Source: an uncultured Thermoleophilaceae bacterium (GTDB lineage: Bacteria; Actinomycetota; Thermoleophilia; Solirubrobacterales; Thermoleophilaceae). Taken from it: a stretch of DNA of 64,000 bases. A program made the translations under genes and the position numbers. Under the pieces are notes generated by a model. The model had not been told where the DNA came from, made no database searches, and saw only the letters and a program-made list of their open reading frames with translations. This document shows positions 18,071-27,184 of this stretch, piece after piece. Every line of letters begins with the position of its first letter. Position 1 is the stretch's first letter. Location: the NCBI GenBank assembly GCA_963789705.1, contig CAWBLN010000008.1, positions 83,474 through 147,473 of the forward strand. Reading direction: 5' to 3'.

Positions 18071-18544
18071 TCATTCGCAGTCGATCTGCGCGAAGGTCTG
18101 CTCATACGAGCTTGCCAGCTGCTTGCCTGCGGTCTCCAGCTGGGCCTTTGCGCCACTGGGAGTGAGGTCCGAACCGAGGTCGCCTGCGATCGTCTCGAGT
18201 TCGGAGGTGAACTGCCGGGTGGCCGATTCGACCTCCTGCTTCCGATCTTCGCTGAGGTCTCCCCGTGCGTCCTCGATCTGGTTGAGATCCTCCCCGATGG
18301 CGCTCAGGTTCTCTTCCACGCCGTTGGCCGTCGCGGTTGAAGCCGTGAGCCCGGCCAACTCGTCGATCTGCTTCTGCATGTCAGCGCGGGCGTCGCAGAC
18401 TTGTGTCTGTGCCTTGTCCGCATCCGACTCTCCGCATCCGATCGCCGTTGCCGCAATCAGGAGCAGGCCCGCGGCGAGAAAACCAAGGCAACGCAGGCTC
18501 CTGCGAGGAGTAGACGCGTCTCGGAAGGTGTGTGAGCGACTCAT
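18071..18544 (-). CDS. putative lipoprotein with a coiled-coil body
   Basis: MSRSHTF...LGFLAAGLLLIAATAIGCGES gives a signal peptide with lipobox AIGC. GGAG lies upstream of the ATG at 18544. Confidence 0.65.
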   Translation of the reverse strand: MSRSHTFRDASTPRRSLRCLGFLAAGLLLIAATAIGCGESDADKAQTQVCDARADMQKQIDELAGLTASTATANGVEENLSAIGEDLNQIEDARGDLSEDRKQEVESATRQFTSELETIAGDLGSDLTPSGAKAQLETAGKQLASSYEQTFAQIDCE

Positions 18545-18575
18545 GCCCCTGCACTCCATCGTCCGATCCAGTTCG

Positions 18576-18602
18576 GCGCATCATCCCAACGGGGTGAAAT
18601 GG
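18576..18602 (-). promoter_or_regulatory. recurrent upstream motif, copy a
   Basis: Gene-orientation sequence CCATTTCACCCCGTTGGGATGATGCGC, 32 nt upstream of the lipoprotein ATG at 18544. Confidence 0.6.
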
Positions 18603-18674
18603 CACGCGCTATGTGCGCCTATTCACCATGGATTGCGACACGGTCGCGGAGGGTGCTTACCTCGGATGGCCCGA

Positions 18675-19446
18675 TCAGAGGCCTGTCTTGGCCGCGACGC
18701 GGCCGGAACCCACGGCCTCTTTCAGGGCGTCATAGTCGCGCTCGTTCTGGTCGGCGTAGGCCTCGGCGAACGAGGCCAGCGCACGGTCGAAGCGGTCGCC
18801 CGCACCGAGATAGCTCCCGATCGCGATCGCGTCCCCTGAGCGGGCGTGCGCCTTCGCGAGCGCCCGGCCGCACAGCTCCGCGTAGATCGTCATCGCCTGC
18901 GGGTCCATCATCTCGACGATTGCGGAGCCCTTGCCGTCCCAGAGCTGGCGCATGTAGAAGTCCCGGCTCAGGCCGTCCAATCCCGTGGCCCGGATCCAGC
19001 CGAGCATGATGTCGCCGGCGGCCTGCGTCAGTCGCTGGCCCTCGACGACCCGCTGGCCTTGCTTGGCGAAGGCGGTCTTGCCCAAAAACGGCTCGAGCAC
19101 CGACGCCTGCGCCTCCTTGAGCTGCAGGAACAGCGGGTCGTTCTCGTCGCGGCCCAGCATGAGCACGACCCAGGCGCGCGTGCCGACGCTGCCCACGCCC
19201 ACCACCTTCCGCGCCGCGTGGACGTAGCGAAACCGCTCCAGCAGCTCCCTGCGATCCGCGGTCAGGGTACGCCGGTAGGAGCCGCCTCCCACTCGCCCTG
19301 CCCCGAGCGCGGCGCCACCGCCCTCGTCGCCTTCTCCTCGCCGCCGGCTCGCCGGGTGTGGGTGGGGTACTGGCTTCGGCCGCCTGCTTCGCTCGTGTGT
19401 CGCCACCACCTCCGAGCCATCAAGGGGGGGTCTCAACGTCCGCCAT
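18675..19446 (-). pseudogene. DUF2252 paralog remnant with an internal deletion of about 690 bp and a disrupted 5' end
   Basis: 18671-19282 aligns without gaps to 34087-34698, with about 10 substitutions counted by eye. The next roughly 690 bp of the intact copy (34699-35389) are absent. The ancestral ATG at 19446 now reads MADVETPP and then a stop. Confidence 0.8.
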
Positions 19447-19529
19447 GGTGTCGCTCCCTTCGCGGCCGGGAGAGAGCGCGAATACCTCTCCGCGTGCCGT
19501 CGCTTCCATGGAACAGCGCCGCCGCCGAC

Positions 19530-19557
19530 GCGTCATCGCCCCAACGGCATGAAATCC
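19530..19557 (-). promoter_or_regulatory. recurrent upstream motif, copy b
   Basis: Gene-orientation sequence GGATTTCATGCCGTTGGGGCGATGACGC, 84 nt upstream of the ancestral start of the DUF2252 remnant. Confidence 0.6.
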
Positions 19558-19797
19558 CGGCTGGCGCGGACTCGTGAGGGAGAGCCCGCATTTGCCTCAG
19601 CCAGTTCTGCACAATAGGGTCTGTGCGTTTGGACGCGCTGGAGCCCGCCCAAAGGGGGAAATCTTGGAACCCTCTCGGAGCATCTCCCATCGTGCCGTTT
19701 CCATCGGCCGGCCCAGGTCGATGACGTAGCCGCGCAGGCGAGACCGCGAGGCGATTATGACGCACGCGGAACCACGCGTCTCGGCGGCCAGGATGTC

Positions 19798-22083
19798 ATG
19801 GCCGGGGCGGTGAGCTCCACGGTCCGCGCGTCCCGGGCTGGCTCGCGGCAGGTCCTCAGGGCCGCGCCGGCGTTCGAGTTGTTGGAGTCGAAGCTGCGCG
19901 GGCCGCAGGGTCGCGCCGGGACGGTGCCGCGCACGGCACTGATCGGCTTGCTGGAGGAGCAGTCGGGCGCGGTCCCGATCGTTTTCGTGTCCGCCGGGGC
20001 CGGTTGGGGGAAGACGACACTGCTAGCTCAGTGGGCCTCGCGATCACAGCGGCCATTCGCGTGGGTATCAGTCGACGATAACGACAACGATCCGATCGTC
20101 TTGCTGACGTATCTCGCTGCCGCGCTCGACCGGGTCTCGCCGCTCGACCCGGGCGTGTTCGAGGCGCTGGCGTCGCCAGGCGCTTCGATCGAGGGAACGG
20201 TAGTCCCGCGCCTGGGGGTGGCTCTGGCGACGATGGACGAGGCAGTCGTCCTCGTCTTGGATGACCTGCATCTGCTGGATAGTCCGGTGAGCTTGGATGC
20301 CATCGCCGCGCTCGCGAGGCATGTGCCCGAGGGCTCGCAGCTGGCGCTCTCGTCGCGAGGGCACCCCGCATTGCGAGTCGGGGCGCTTCGCGCGCGGGGC
20401 CTCGCGCTGGAGATCGGGCCGAACGAGCTGAGCATGGACGAGGCCGAGGCGCGCCGGTTGCTCAGCGCGGCCGGCCTGGACCTGGCGGATGGCGAGGTCG
20501 CCGAGCTCACCGAGCACACGGAGGGCTGGTCTGCAGGTCTGTACCTGGCGGCGCTCTCGGCCAAGGCCGGCGGGGCCGGGATGAAGGGCGTGACCGCGTT
20601 CCGTGGGGACGACCGCTTTGTGGCCGACTATCTCGTCTCCGAGCTCCTCTCCCGCCTGCCCCGCGACGAGCTCCGATTCCTGACGAGGACCGCCGTTCTC
20701 GAGCCCATGTCGGGTCCGCTCTGCGACGCGGTCCTCGAGGAGAGTGGGTCCGCGGCGGTTCTGGAATCGCTGGCGCGTTCCAATCTGTTCCTGGTGCCGC
20801 TGGACCGGACTCGAGAGTGGTATCGCTACCACCATCTCTTCCGGGAGCTGCTGCGTTCGGAGCTCGAGCGAGTAGAGCCGGATCTCGTGCCGCGTTTGCT
20901 CGCTCGTGCGGCCGACTGGTGCGCGGCGAACGGGCAGCCGGAGACCGCGATCGGGTACGCGCAGGCGGCCGGGGACGTCAACCGAGCGGCGTGGCTGACC
21001 GTGGGTAACGGACCACGCGTCTACCAAAGCGGCCGTGTCGCAACCGCCGAACGCTGGCTCAGCTGGCTGGAGGCGCATGGGGCACTCGAGCAGAACGCGG
21101 CGGTCGCGGTGCTCGGCGCACTACTCGCCGCTGCCTGGGGCCGACCGGCGGAAGCGGAGCGTTGGGCCGATGCCGCCGAGCGTGGGAGCTACGAGGGCCC
21201 TCTGCCCGACGGCAGCGCCTCGATCGACTCGTGGCTGGCCCTGCTGCGTGCCCAGCTCTGTCGTAGAGGCGTTGCGGGGATGCGTGCGGATGCTGAGCTC
21301 GCGGTCGGGACGCTCGCTCGTGAGAGCCGGTTCTGGGCGCACGCCCTGGGGCTGCTCGCGATCTCGCGGTGGCTGGCCGGCGAGATCGACGAGGCCGACG
21401 ACCTGTTCGCCGAGGTTGTCGAGGCGGGCCTCGAGCTCGGAGGGACGGACTTGGTGATGGTGGCTCTGGGCGAGCGGGCCGCGATCGCGGTCGGAATAGG
21501 GGCGTGGGTCCAGGCGGAGGAGCACGCGAACCGAGCCCTCCGGATCATCCGCCGGCACGGGATGGAGGAGTACCCGACCAGCGCGCTCGCCTATTCCGTG
21601 GCGGCTCGCGTCGCGCTCCATCGTGGGGACGTCCCCCGCGCGCAGGAGCTGCTGGCGCGGGTGCAGCGCCTGCGGCCGCAGCTCACCTACGGGCAGCCGT
21701 ACTACTCGGTACAGACCCGCCTGGAGCTCGCCCGGGCCTACCTGACACTCGCCGACGCCGGCGGCGCCGAGACGATGCTGCGCGAGATCCAGCCGATCCT
21801 GCGCCGACAACCAGACCTCGGAGCGCTCCCCGCACAGGTGGACCGGCTGCGCGCAAACCTGAAGACGATGCGCGCGCACGCCCCCGGGGCCTCGACTCTT
21901 ACCGAGGCGGAGCTGCGCCTGCTGCCCTACCTCGCCACGCACCTCTCCTTCCGCGAGATCGGCGAGCGCCTGTACGTATCGCGCCACACGGTGAAATCAC
22001 ACGCCATCGCGGTCTACCGCAAGCTCAACGTCACCTCCCGCAACGCCGCCGTCGAACGCGCCCGCGAGCTCGGGCTGCTCTAG
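19798..22083 (+). CDS. LuxR-family transcriptional regulator, MalT/LAL type (NTPase + TPR-like + C-terminal HTH)
   Basis: 761 aa. Walker A GAGWGKTT and Walker B VLVLDDLH. C-terminal LTEAELRLLPYLATHLSFREIGERLYVSRHTVKSHAIAVYRKL. Confidence 0.9.
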   Translation: MAGAVSSTVRASRAGSRQVLRAAPAFELLESKLRGPQGRAGTVPRTALIGLLEEQSGAVPIVFVSAGAGWGKTTLLAQWASRSQRPFAWVSVDDNDNDPIVLLTYLAAALDRVSPLDPGVFEALASPGASIEGTVVPRLGVALATMDEAVVLVLDDLHLLDSPVSLDAIAALARHVPEGSQLALSSRGHPALRVGALRARGLALEIGPNELSMDEAEARRLLSAAGLDLADGEVAELTEHTEGWSAGLYLAALSAKAGGAGMKGVTAFRGDDRFVADYLVSELLSRLPRDELRFLTRTAVLEPMSGPLCDAVLEESGSAAVLESLARSNLFLVPLDRTREWYRYHHLFRELLRSELERVEPDLVPRLLARAADWCAANGQPETAIGYAQAAGDVNRAAWLTVGNGPRVYQSGRVATAERWLSWLEAHGALEQNAAVAVLGALLAAAWGRPAEAERWADAAERGSYEGPLPDGSASIDSWLALLRAQLCRRGVAGMRADAELAVGTLARESRFWAHALGLLAISRWLAGEIDEADDLFAEVVEAGLELGGTDLVMVALGERAAIAVGIGAWVQAEEHANRALRIIRRHGMEEYPTSALAYSVAARVALHRGDVPRAQELLARVQRLRPQLTYGQPYYSVQTRLELARAYLTLADAGGAETMLREIQPILRRQPDLGALPAQVDRLRANLKTMRAHAPGASTLTEAELRLLPYLATHLSFREIGERLYVSRHTVKSHAIAVYRKLNVTSRNAAVERARELGLL

Positions 22084-22103
22084 GCAGCGCCGGCGCTGCC
22101 CGG

Positions 22104-22130
22104 CTTTTCATGCCATCGGGACGATGACGC
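22104..22130 (+). promoter_or_regulatory. recurrent upstream motif, copy c
   Basis: CTTTTCATGCCATCGGGACGATGACGC, 80 nt upstream of the ATG at 22210. Confidence 0.6.
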
Positions 22131-22209
22131 GGCGGCGCCCGTGGTGTCTAGTTCGAGGTGTCCGCGGGCACGGTCCGCGGACGCCCCCGGAATGCCACCA
22201 GAGGAGGAG

Positions 22210-22566
22210 ATGGCTGACTACAAGGAGACACTACGCAGGCTCGCGCTGAACGACGAGCGGTTCGTGGAGTCGGTACTCGGCATGGGCCACGACACGGTCG
22301 AGGTCTCACGGCTGGATCAAAAGACGCACGCTCTCGTCCGGCTAGGGGCGTCGCTGGCGATCGACGCGGCGCCGAGCTCGTACCAGTCGAACGTCGAGGT
22401 GGCTCTGGCCGCCGGCGCCGGCATCGACCAGATCGTCGGGACCCTGATCGCCGTGGCTCCCACGGTCGGCCTTGCACGCGTCGTTTCCGCCGCGCCCGAG
22501 CTGGCGCTGGCGCTGGGATACGACGTCGACGCAGCGCTCGAAGAGTCCGGCGTTGACGCGGAGTGA
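22210..22566 (+). CDS. carboxymuconolactone decarboxylase / AhpD-like family protein
   Basis: ATG preceded by GGAGGAG. Starts MADYKETLRRLALNDERFVESVL and contains KTHALVRLGASLAIDAAPSSY. Confidence 0.75.
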   Translation: MADYKETLRRLALNDERFVESVLGMGHDTVEVSRLDQKTHALVRLGASLAIDAAPSSYQSNVEVALAAGAGIDQIVGTLIAVAPTVGLARVVSAAPELALALGYDVDAALEESGVDAE

Positions 22567-22733
22567 AGGCCAGGCCCGCAGTCCGCATTCCTCACCGGGT
22601 CGGGCGCCGTAGCCTGCGGCGCTTGACCGCGCACCGCAGAGCCCGAGTCACGAACGGAACCCGGGCCGAGACGGACGCCGGAATCAGCGCCAGCTCACAG
22701 GTACGTCCTGTGCGGAGGGGATGATCCGTCGGG

Positions 22734-24406
22734 ATGCCGGCCAGCGCGGATGTGTCCGGGCAGGGATCGGGGGCGCAGGCCGGCGCGACGGTGGTGCTGG
22801 TGACGCTCGCCGCGGGCCAGTTCTTGATGACGCTCGACACGTCGGTGATGAACGTCGCGATCGCGACCGTTGCCGAGGATGTGGGCACGGACGTCACCGG
22901 GATCCAGACGGCGATCACGTTGTACACGCTGGTGATGGCGACGCTGATGATCACGGGCGGCAAGGTGGGCGCCCTGATCGGCCGCAAGCGGGCGTTCGCG
23001 ATCGGCTGCGTGATCTATGGGACGGGCTCGTTCACGACCGCCATCTCGCCGTCGTTGCCGGTCCTGCTGATCGGGTGGTCGCTGCTGGAGGGCGTCGGTG
23101 CGGCGCTGATCCTGCCGGCGATCGTCGCGCTGGTTGCGGCCAACTTTCGCCCCGAGGGCCGGCCGCGCGCCTATGGCCTGGTGATGGCGGCCGGGGCGAT
23201 CGCGGTCGCGGTCGGGCCGCTGGTCGGGGGGCTGTTCACAACCTATCTCAGCTGGCGGCTGGTGTTCGTCGGCGAGGTGCTGATCGTGCTGGGGATCCTC
23301 GCGCTGACGCGGCGGATAGAGGACGAGCCCCCGGGACGGCGACCGCGTATCGACCTCGTCGGCGTCGCGCTGTCGGCGGCCGGCCTGGGCCTGGCGGTGT
23401 TCGGGGTGCTGCGCTCGAGCGTGTGGGGCTGGGTCGCGCCGAAGCCCGACGCACCGGAGCTGTTCGGCATCTCGGCGACGCTGTGGCTCATCCTCGCCGG
23501 GCTTTTCCTGATCTGGCTGTTCTTCGAGTGGGAGTCGCGGCTCGAACAGGCGCGGCGCAAGAGCCGCTCGTGCGCCCGTCGATCCTCCGGAACGTCCAGG
23601 CGAGCGGCGGCCTGAGGATGTTCTTCTTCCAGTACTTCGTACAGGCGGGCGTCTTCTTCGTGGTGCCGCTGTTCTTGTCGGTGTCGCTCGGGCTTTCGGC
23701 GATCGACACCGGGGTGCGCATACTGCCGCTCTCGATAACGCTGCTGTTGGCGGCCGCCGGGATCCCGCGCTTCCGCCCGAACGCCAATCCACGCCGCGTC
23801 GTGCGGCTCGGGCTGGTCGCCATGTTCGCGGGCACCGTCGTGCTGCTGGCTGCCATCGACGAGGACGCCTCCGCCGAGATCGTCACGCTGCCGCTGTTGC
23901 TGCTCGGCTTCGGCATCGGCGCCCTGGCCTCGCAGCTCGGCGCCGTCACCGTGTCGGCCGTGCCCGACGAGCAAAGTCCCGAGGTCGGCGGCCTGCAGAA
24001 CACCGCGACCAACCTCGGCGCGTCGCTGGGAACCGCGCTGGCCGGCTCGGTCCTGATCGCCAGCCTCACCGCGACCCTTCTGGCCGGCATAGAGCAGAAC
24101 CCGGCCGTCCCGCCCGAGGTCAGCAAGCAGGCCGATACGCAGCTCTCAAGCGGCGTCCCCTTCCTGTCCGACGACGACCTCGAGTCCGCGCTCGAGCAGG
24201 CCGGCGTGACCGGCCAGACGGCCTCCGCGATCGTGGACGAGAACGCCACCGCGCGGCTCGCCGCGCTGCGAGCCGCGCTCGCCATCATCGCGATCGTCGC
24301 CGCCGCGGCGCTGTTCTTCTCCCGCACCATCCCCACCCGACAGCCCGGATCGCAGCCAGCCGACACCGAGCGCGGACCACCGCACCCCGACGCCGCCCCC
24401 GCGTAG
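22734..24406 (+). pseudogene. MFS transporter, DHA2 (EmrB/QacA-like, 14-TMS) family; one frameshift
   Basis: N-terminal piece 22734-23615: LAAGQFLMTLDTSVMNVAI...GGKVGALIGRKRAF. The C-terminal piece continues in another frame to 24406: EPLVRPSILRN...LQNTATNLGASLG. The frames switch at about 23548-23560 (GGCGCGGCGC). Confidence 0.8.
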
Positions 24407-24480
24407 GAGGTGACCGGATGGTCAAACCCCATCCTGCTGTTGGCGCGACACACGTGCTGGCGTCGTTGACCTCGAGCATG

Positions 24481-24508
24481 CGATTTCATGCCATCGGGGG
24501 GATGACCG
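24481..24508 (+). promoter_or_regulatory. recurrent upstream motif, copy d
   Basis: CGATTTCATGCCATCGGGGGGATGACCG, 121 nt upstream of the ATG at 24629. Confidence 0.6.
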
Positions 24509-24628
24509 CTGGTTGTGGTCGTTGCAGGATTGTCGCCAGGCGTTCCGGCGCCGCGGCGGAAACTGAAACCGCCGGCGTTGGCTAAATCGGCGGGCGGTCG
24601 TGGCCCGGCCGCTGGGAAGGAGAGCTCC

Positions 24629-25018
24629 ATGGACGAGTCTGTGGAGGGCGGAGGCTGGCTTGCGTTCGCCGGCATCATGGTCCTGATAGCGGGGACGCTC
24701 AACTGCATCTGGGGGATCGCCGCGATCGACGGCGCAAACTTCTTCGTCGAGGACCAGCGCTACATCCTCGAGGACCTCAACACGATGGGCTGGATCGTTC
24801 TGGGGATCGGCGTGCTGCAGCTGATCGCCGCGTTTTCGATCTGGGCGGGCGGCGAGTTCGGCCGCTGGGTCGGGGTCATCGGCGCCAGCCTCGGCGCGTT
24901 CAGTGCGCTGCTGTCGATCCCCGGCTTCCCGCTCTGGTCGGTGTGCGTCTTCTTCATCAACGTGCTGGTCGTCTACGGCCTCGTCGTCTACGGCGGCCGC
25001 CAGTCGCGGGCTACGTGA
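24629..25018 (+). CDS. small 4-TM membrane protein (129 aa), paralog of 39277-39666
   Basis: ATG preceded by GGAAGGAG. WLAFAGIMVLIAGTLNCIWGIAAIDGANFFVEDQRYILEDLNTMGWIVLGIGVLQLIAAFS aligns along its full length with the 39277 ORF, which is the same length. Confidence 0.75.
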   Translation: MDESVEGGGWLAFAGIMVLIAGTLNCIWGIAAIDGANFFVEDQRYILEDLNTMGWIVLGIGVLQLIAAFSIWAGGEFGRWVGVIGASLGAFSALLSIPGFPLWSVCVFFINVLVVYGLVVYGGRQSRAT

Positions 25019-25100
25019 CGGGGCCCGCGCAGCGCGGAGGAGGCCATGGACAGGCGCGAGTAGTCGGCGGCACGCGCGAGCCGGCCCATCGCGACGTCGA
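25013..25100 (-). pseudogene. fragment of a PAP2 phosphatase gene (internally deleted copy of 35681-36289)
   Basis: 25013-25029 matches 35697-35713, and 25030-25100 matches 36091-36161 with 2 mismatches seen by eye. This implies a 377-bp internal deletion and loss of both gene ends. Confidence 0.7.
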
Positions 25101-25117
25101 GAGGAGTCTGGACGCTC

Positions 25118-25603
25118 GTGGACCCTGATCGCGCACGGGCCCTAGCCGAAAGGCTTCACCACGGGCAGCGGGACGCTGGCGGCGCGCTGCTGATCGAACA
25201 CGTTCAGAGGGTCGCGGCCGCGGTCCCCGGGGATGCGCGCGTAGTCGCCTGGCTTCACGAGGTGCTCGAGTACACCTCGATCTCGGAAGAGGTGCTGCTG
25301 GCGGAAGGCCTCTCGCTCGACGAGCTGCGCGCGCTCCGGCTCTTGACCCACGACAAGGATGCGCACTCGAGCGCGAGCTATCTGGCCCAGGTCGAGCTGA
25401 TCGCGCGAGCCAAAGGGGCGGGCGCAAGCATCGCCCGCAGCGTCAAGCGCGCCGACCTGGCGGATCGGGCGCTCAAGCCTCCGATCCGCGCCAACGGCTG
25501 GTCACCGCCCTACGAGCTTGCGCTCGAGATCCTCCGCGTCGCGCCGCCCCCCGACACTCGCGCCCTTTCTCCTCCGCCGGCCCCGAGACCCGGGCAGACA
25601 TGA
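25118..25603 (+). CDS. HD-superfamily (RelA/SpoT-hydrolase-like) small protein with a degenerate HD dyad
   Basis: GTG start. RALAERLHHGQRDAGGALLIEHVQRVAA...VAWLHEVLEYTSIS resembles the A..AH.GQ / H..V / LHD..EDT pattern, but reads HE..EY instead. Confidence 0.5.
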   Translation: MDPDRARALAERLHHGQRDAGGALLIEHVQRVAAAVPGDARVVAWLHEVLEYTSISEEVLLAEGLSLDELRALRLLTHDKDAHSSASYLAQVELIARAKGAGASIARSVKRADLADRALKPPIRANGWSPPYELALEILRVAPPPDTRALSPPPAPRPGQT

Positions 25604-25706
25604 ACCCTCTCGCCGATGCCGCTCACCATGCGCCAGCGGCGCGGGCGACCCGCCGCGTAAATCGGGCGGGACGAAGCCAAGGCCGGGCCGGAAAGCGAGG
25701 CCGCCC

Positions 25707-26099
25707 GTGACCCCCAGGGACGAGCCCGACCGGCCGAGAACCGGCCTCGAGTCTCGCGCTGGGCAACTCGGCTTCGCGCTCCGCAGCCTCGCCGCCGATC
25801 TGGTCGACGAGCGCCGGAGGGTTGCCGAGCTGCGCCGCGAGGTCGCGGAGCTGAGATCGCGGCTCGAGTCCCTGCAGCGACCCAACGCAGCGACCCGCCA
25901 TGAAGGCCCTGCCCCAGCCACCTTGCACCGCTGCCGCCATACGGCCCAGCTTGGAAGCCGCGTCGGTTACCGCGCGCCTGGTCAGTGGGTCAGCGCCTTG
26001 AGGCTGACCAGGAACGCCCCGATGAGCGCGACAGCGGCGGCATGGCCGAGCGCCCTGAGCGTTCCTGCGTCGGCGAGGCGAGCGGCGCAGAAGCCGTAG
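25707..26099 (+). CDS. possible small coiled-coil protein (end uncertain)
   Basis: Third codon positions are GC-rich across LGFALRSLAADLVDERRRVAELRREVAELRSRLESLQ. The frame runs into the convergent membrane gene without a stop, so the boundaries are unreliable. Confidence 0.25.
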   Translation: MTPRDEPDRPRTGLESRAGQLGFALRSLAADLVDERRRVAELRREVAELRSRLESLQRPNAATRHEGPAPATLHRCRHTAQLGSRVGYRAPGQWVSALRLTRNAPMSATAAAWPSALSVPASARRAAQKP

Positions 26100-26472
26100 A
26101 AGCCAGCCAGCGCCAGGCCGGACCACTTGGCGACCGCGAAGGCGGTCTCGACCTGCATCGCCCCTGCAACGGAAAGCAGGAAGAAGACGGCGGGGAAGCT
26201 GATCCCGAAGGCCACCGCGCCCGCGTCCGTCGCGATCTCGCGCATGCCCGTGCGGCCGACGCGATGATGGGTGCGAACCTCGGTCCCGACGATCTCGCTA
26301 TAGAACTCGGCGAGTGCGACGGCGACGCCGGTGCCGACGAGCGTGGCGACCATCACGCCCGGGTCTGGATGATGGTCCTCTAGGGCGACGACCAGCGCGA
26401 GCCCGATGATCGTGCCGTAAATGACGCGCGAGACCTGATTCGACCCGAGGTGACCCTCGACGACGCGCAGCA
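25982..26472 (-). CDS. hypothetical membrane protein
   Basis: ATG at 26472 (MLRVVEGHLGSNQVSRVIYGTIIGLALVVAL). Five hydrophobic segments. Confidence 0.6.
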
Positions 26473-26871
26473 TCGGCCAATTATCCCTCCGGGGGCGCGC
26501 GGCCGTGCCCGGATTGGGTCGCGTTGCCACTGCCTGGAAGAGCGGCCAGGATGCTCGCTCCGATGGTCGGTGGGTCCCGCGTCCGAGGCTGGGTGTCGTC
26601 GTGGCTTGCCGTCGGCGCCGCTCAGGACTGCGGTGTGCGGCGATCCTCGCAGCTCGCCGCGACGCCGACGTCGGTTCTCCGATCGAGTCGTCTGTGCGGG
26701 CGGCGACCCTGGCCGAGCTCGCGTCGACCATCCCCAGGGCTCGTCACGAGCCGAGGCGGGACGACTTGGTCGCGCGCAGCCTCGCGCGAGCTCCGCCGAC
26801 TGTTGCGAGTCGTCGGCGCATGACTCGAAACCTAAGAACATCGGGGCCGTCGAGCCAGGGCGAGCCCGACA

Positions 26872-26898
26872 GAAATCATCCCGATGGGGGGATGTGCC
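26872..26898 (+). promoter_or_regulatory. recurrent upstream motif, copy i
   Basis: GAAATCATCCCGATGGGGGGATGTGCC, 66 nt upstream of the ATG at 26964. Confidence 0.5.
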
Positions 26899-26963
26899 AC
26901 CGGGGTCGCCACCGCAAGATTCCGGTTGCCGGCCCACCCCCGACCTCGACCGAAAGGCACGCA

Positions 26964-27184
26964 TGAGCACCGCGGTACGACCTCGTCAACGGACCGCCGC
27001 GAACGACACAGGCGGACCTCGGTCCGCCGACGCGTTCGTCGTCTTGAGAGGTTTCGATCGCTTCGCCGCGAAGTCGTCGTCCTTGCCCGGCGACTTCGGC
27101 GACGAGGGCACCTGCGCGCACGAGGGATCGTGGGGCCCCGCGGCGGAACACGGCGCCTGGCACGGGCCGCGGGGGGCGTTATGA
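26964..27184 (+). CDS. possible 73-aa leader ORF translationally coupled to the GH15 gene
   Basis: ATG at 26964 and GC-rich third codon positions. Its TGA (27182-27184) overlaps the GH15 ATG (27181-27183) as ATGA. No recognisable family. Confidence 0.35.

Noticed and set aside
19592-19620. A sigma-70-like promoter for the LuxR gene (TTGCCT-17 nt-TAGGGT).
   Set aside because: The spacing and the -10 element are plausible. But it is a single unsupported hexamer pair about 180 nt upstream of the start, and it cannot be distinguished from chance without transcription start data.
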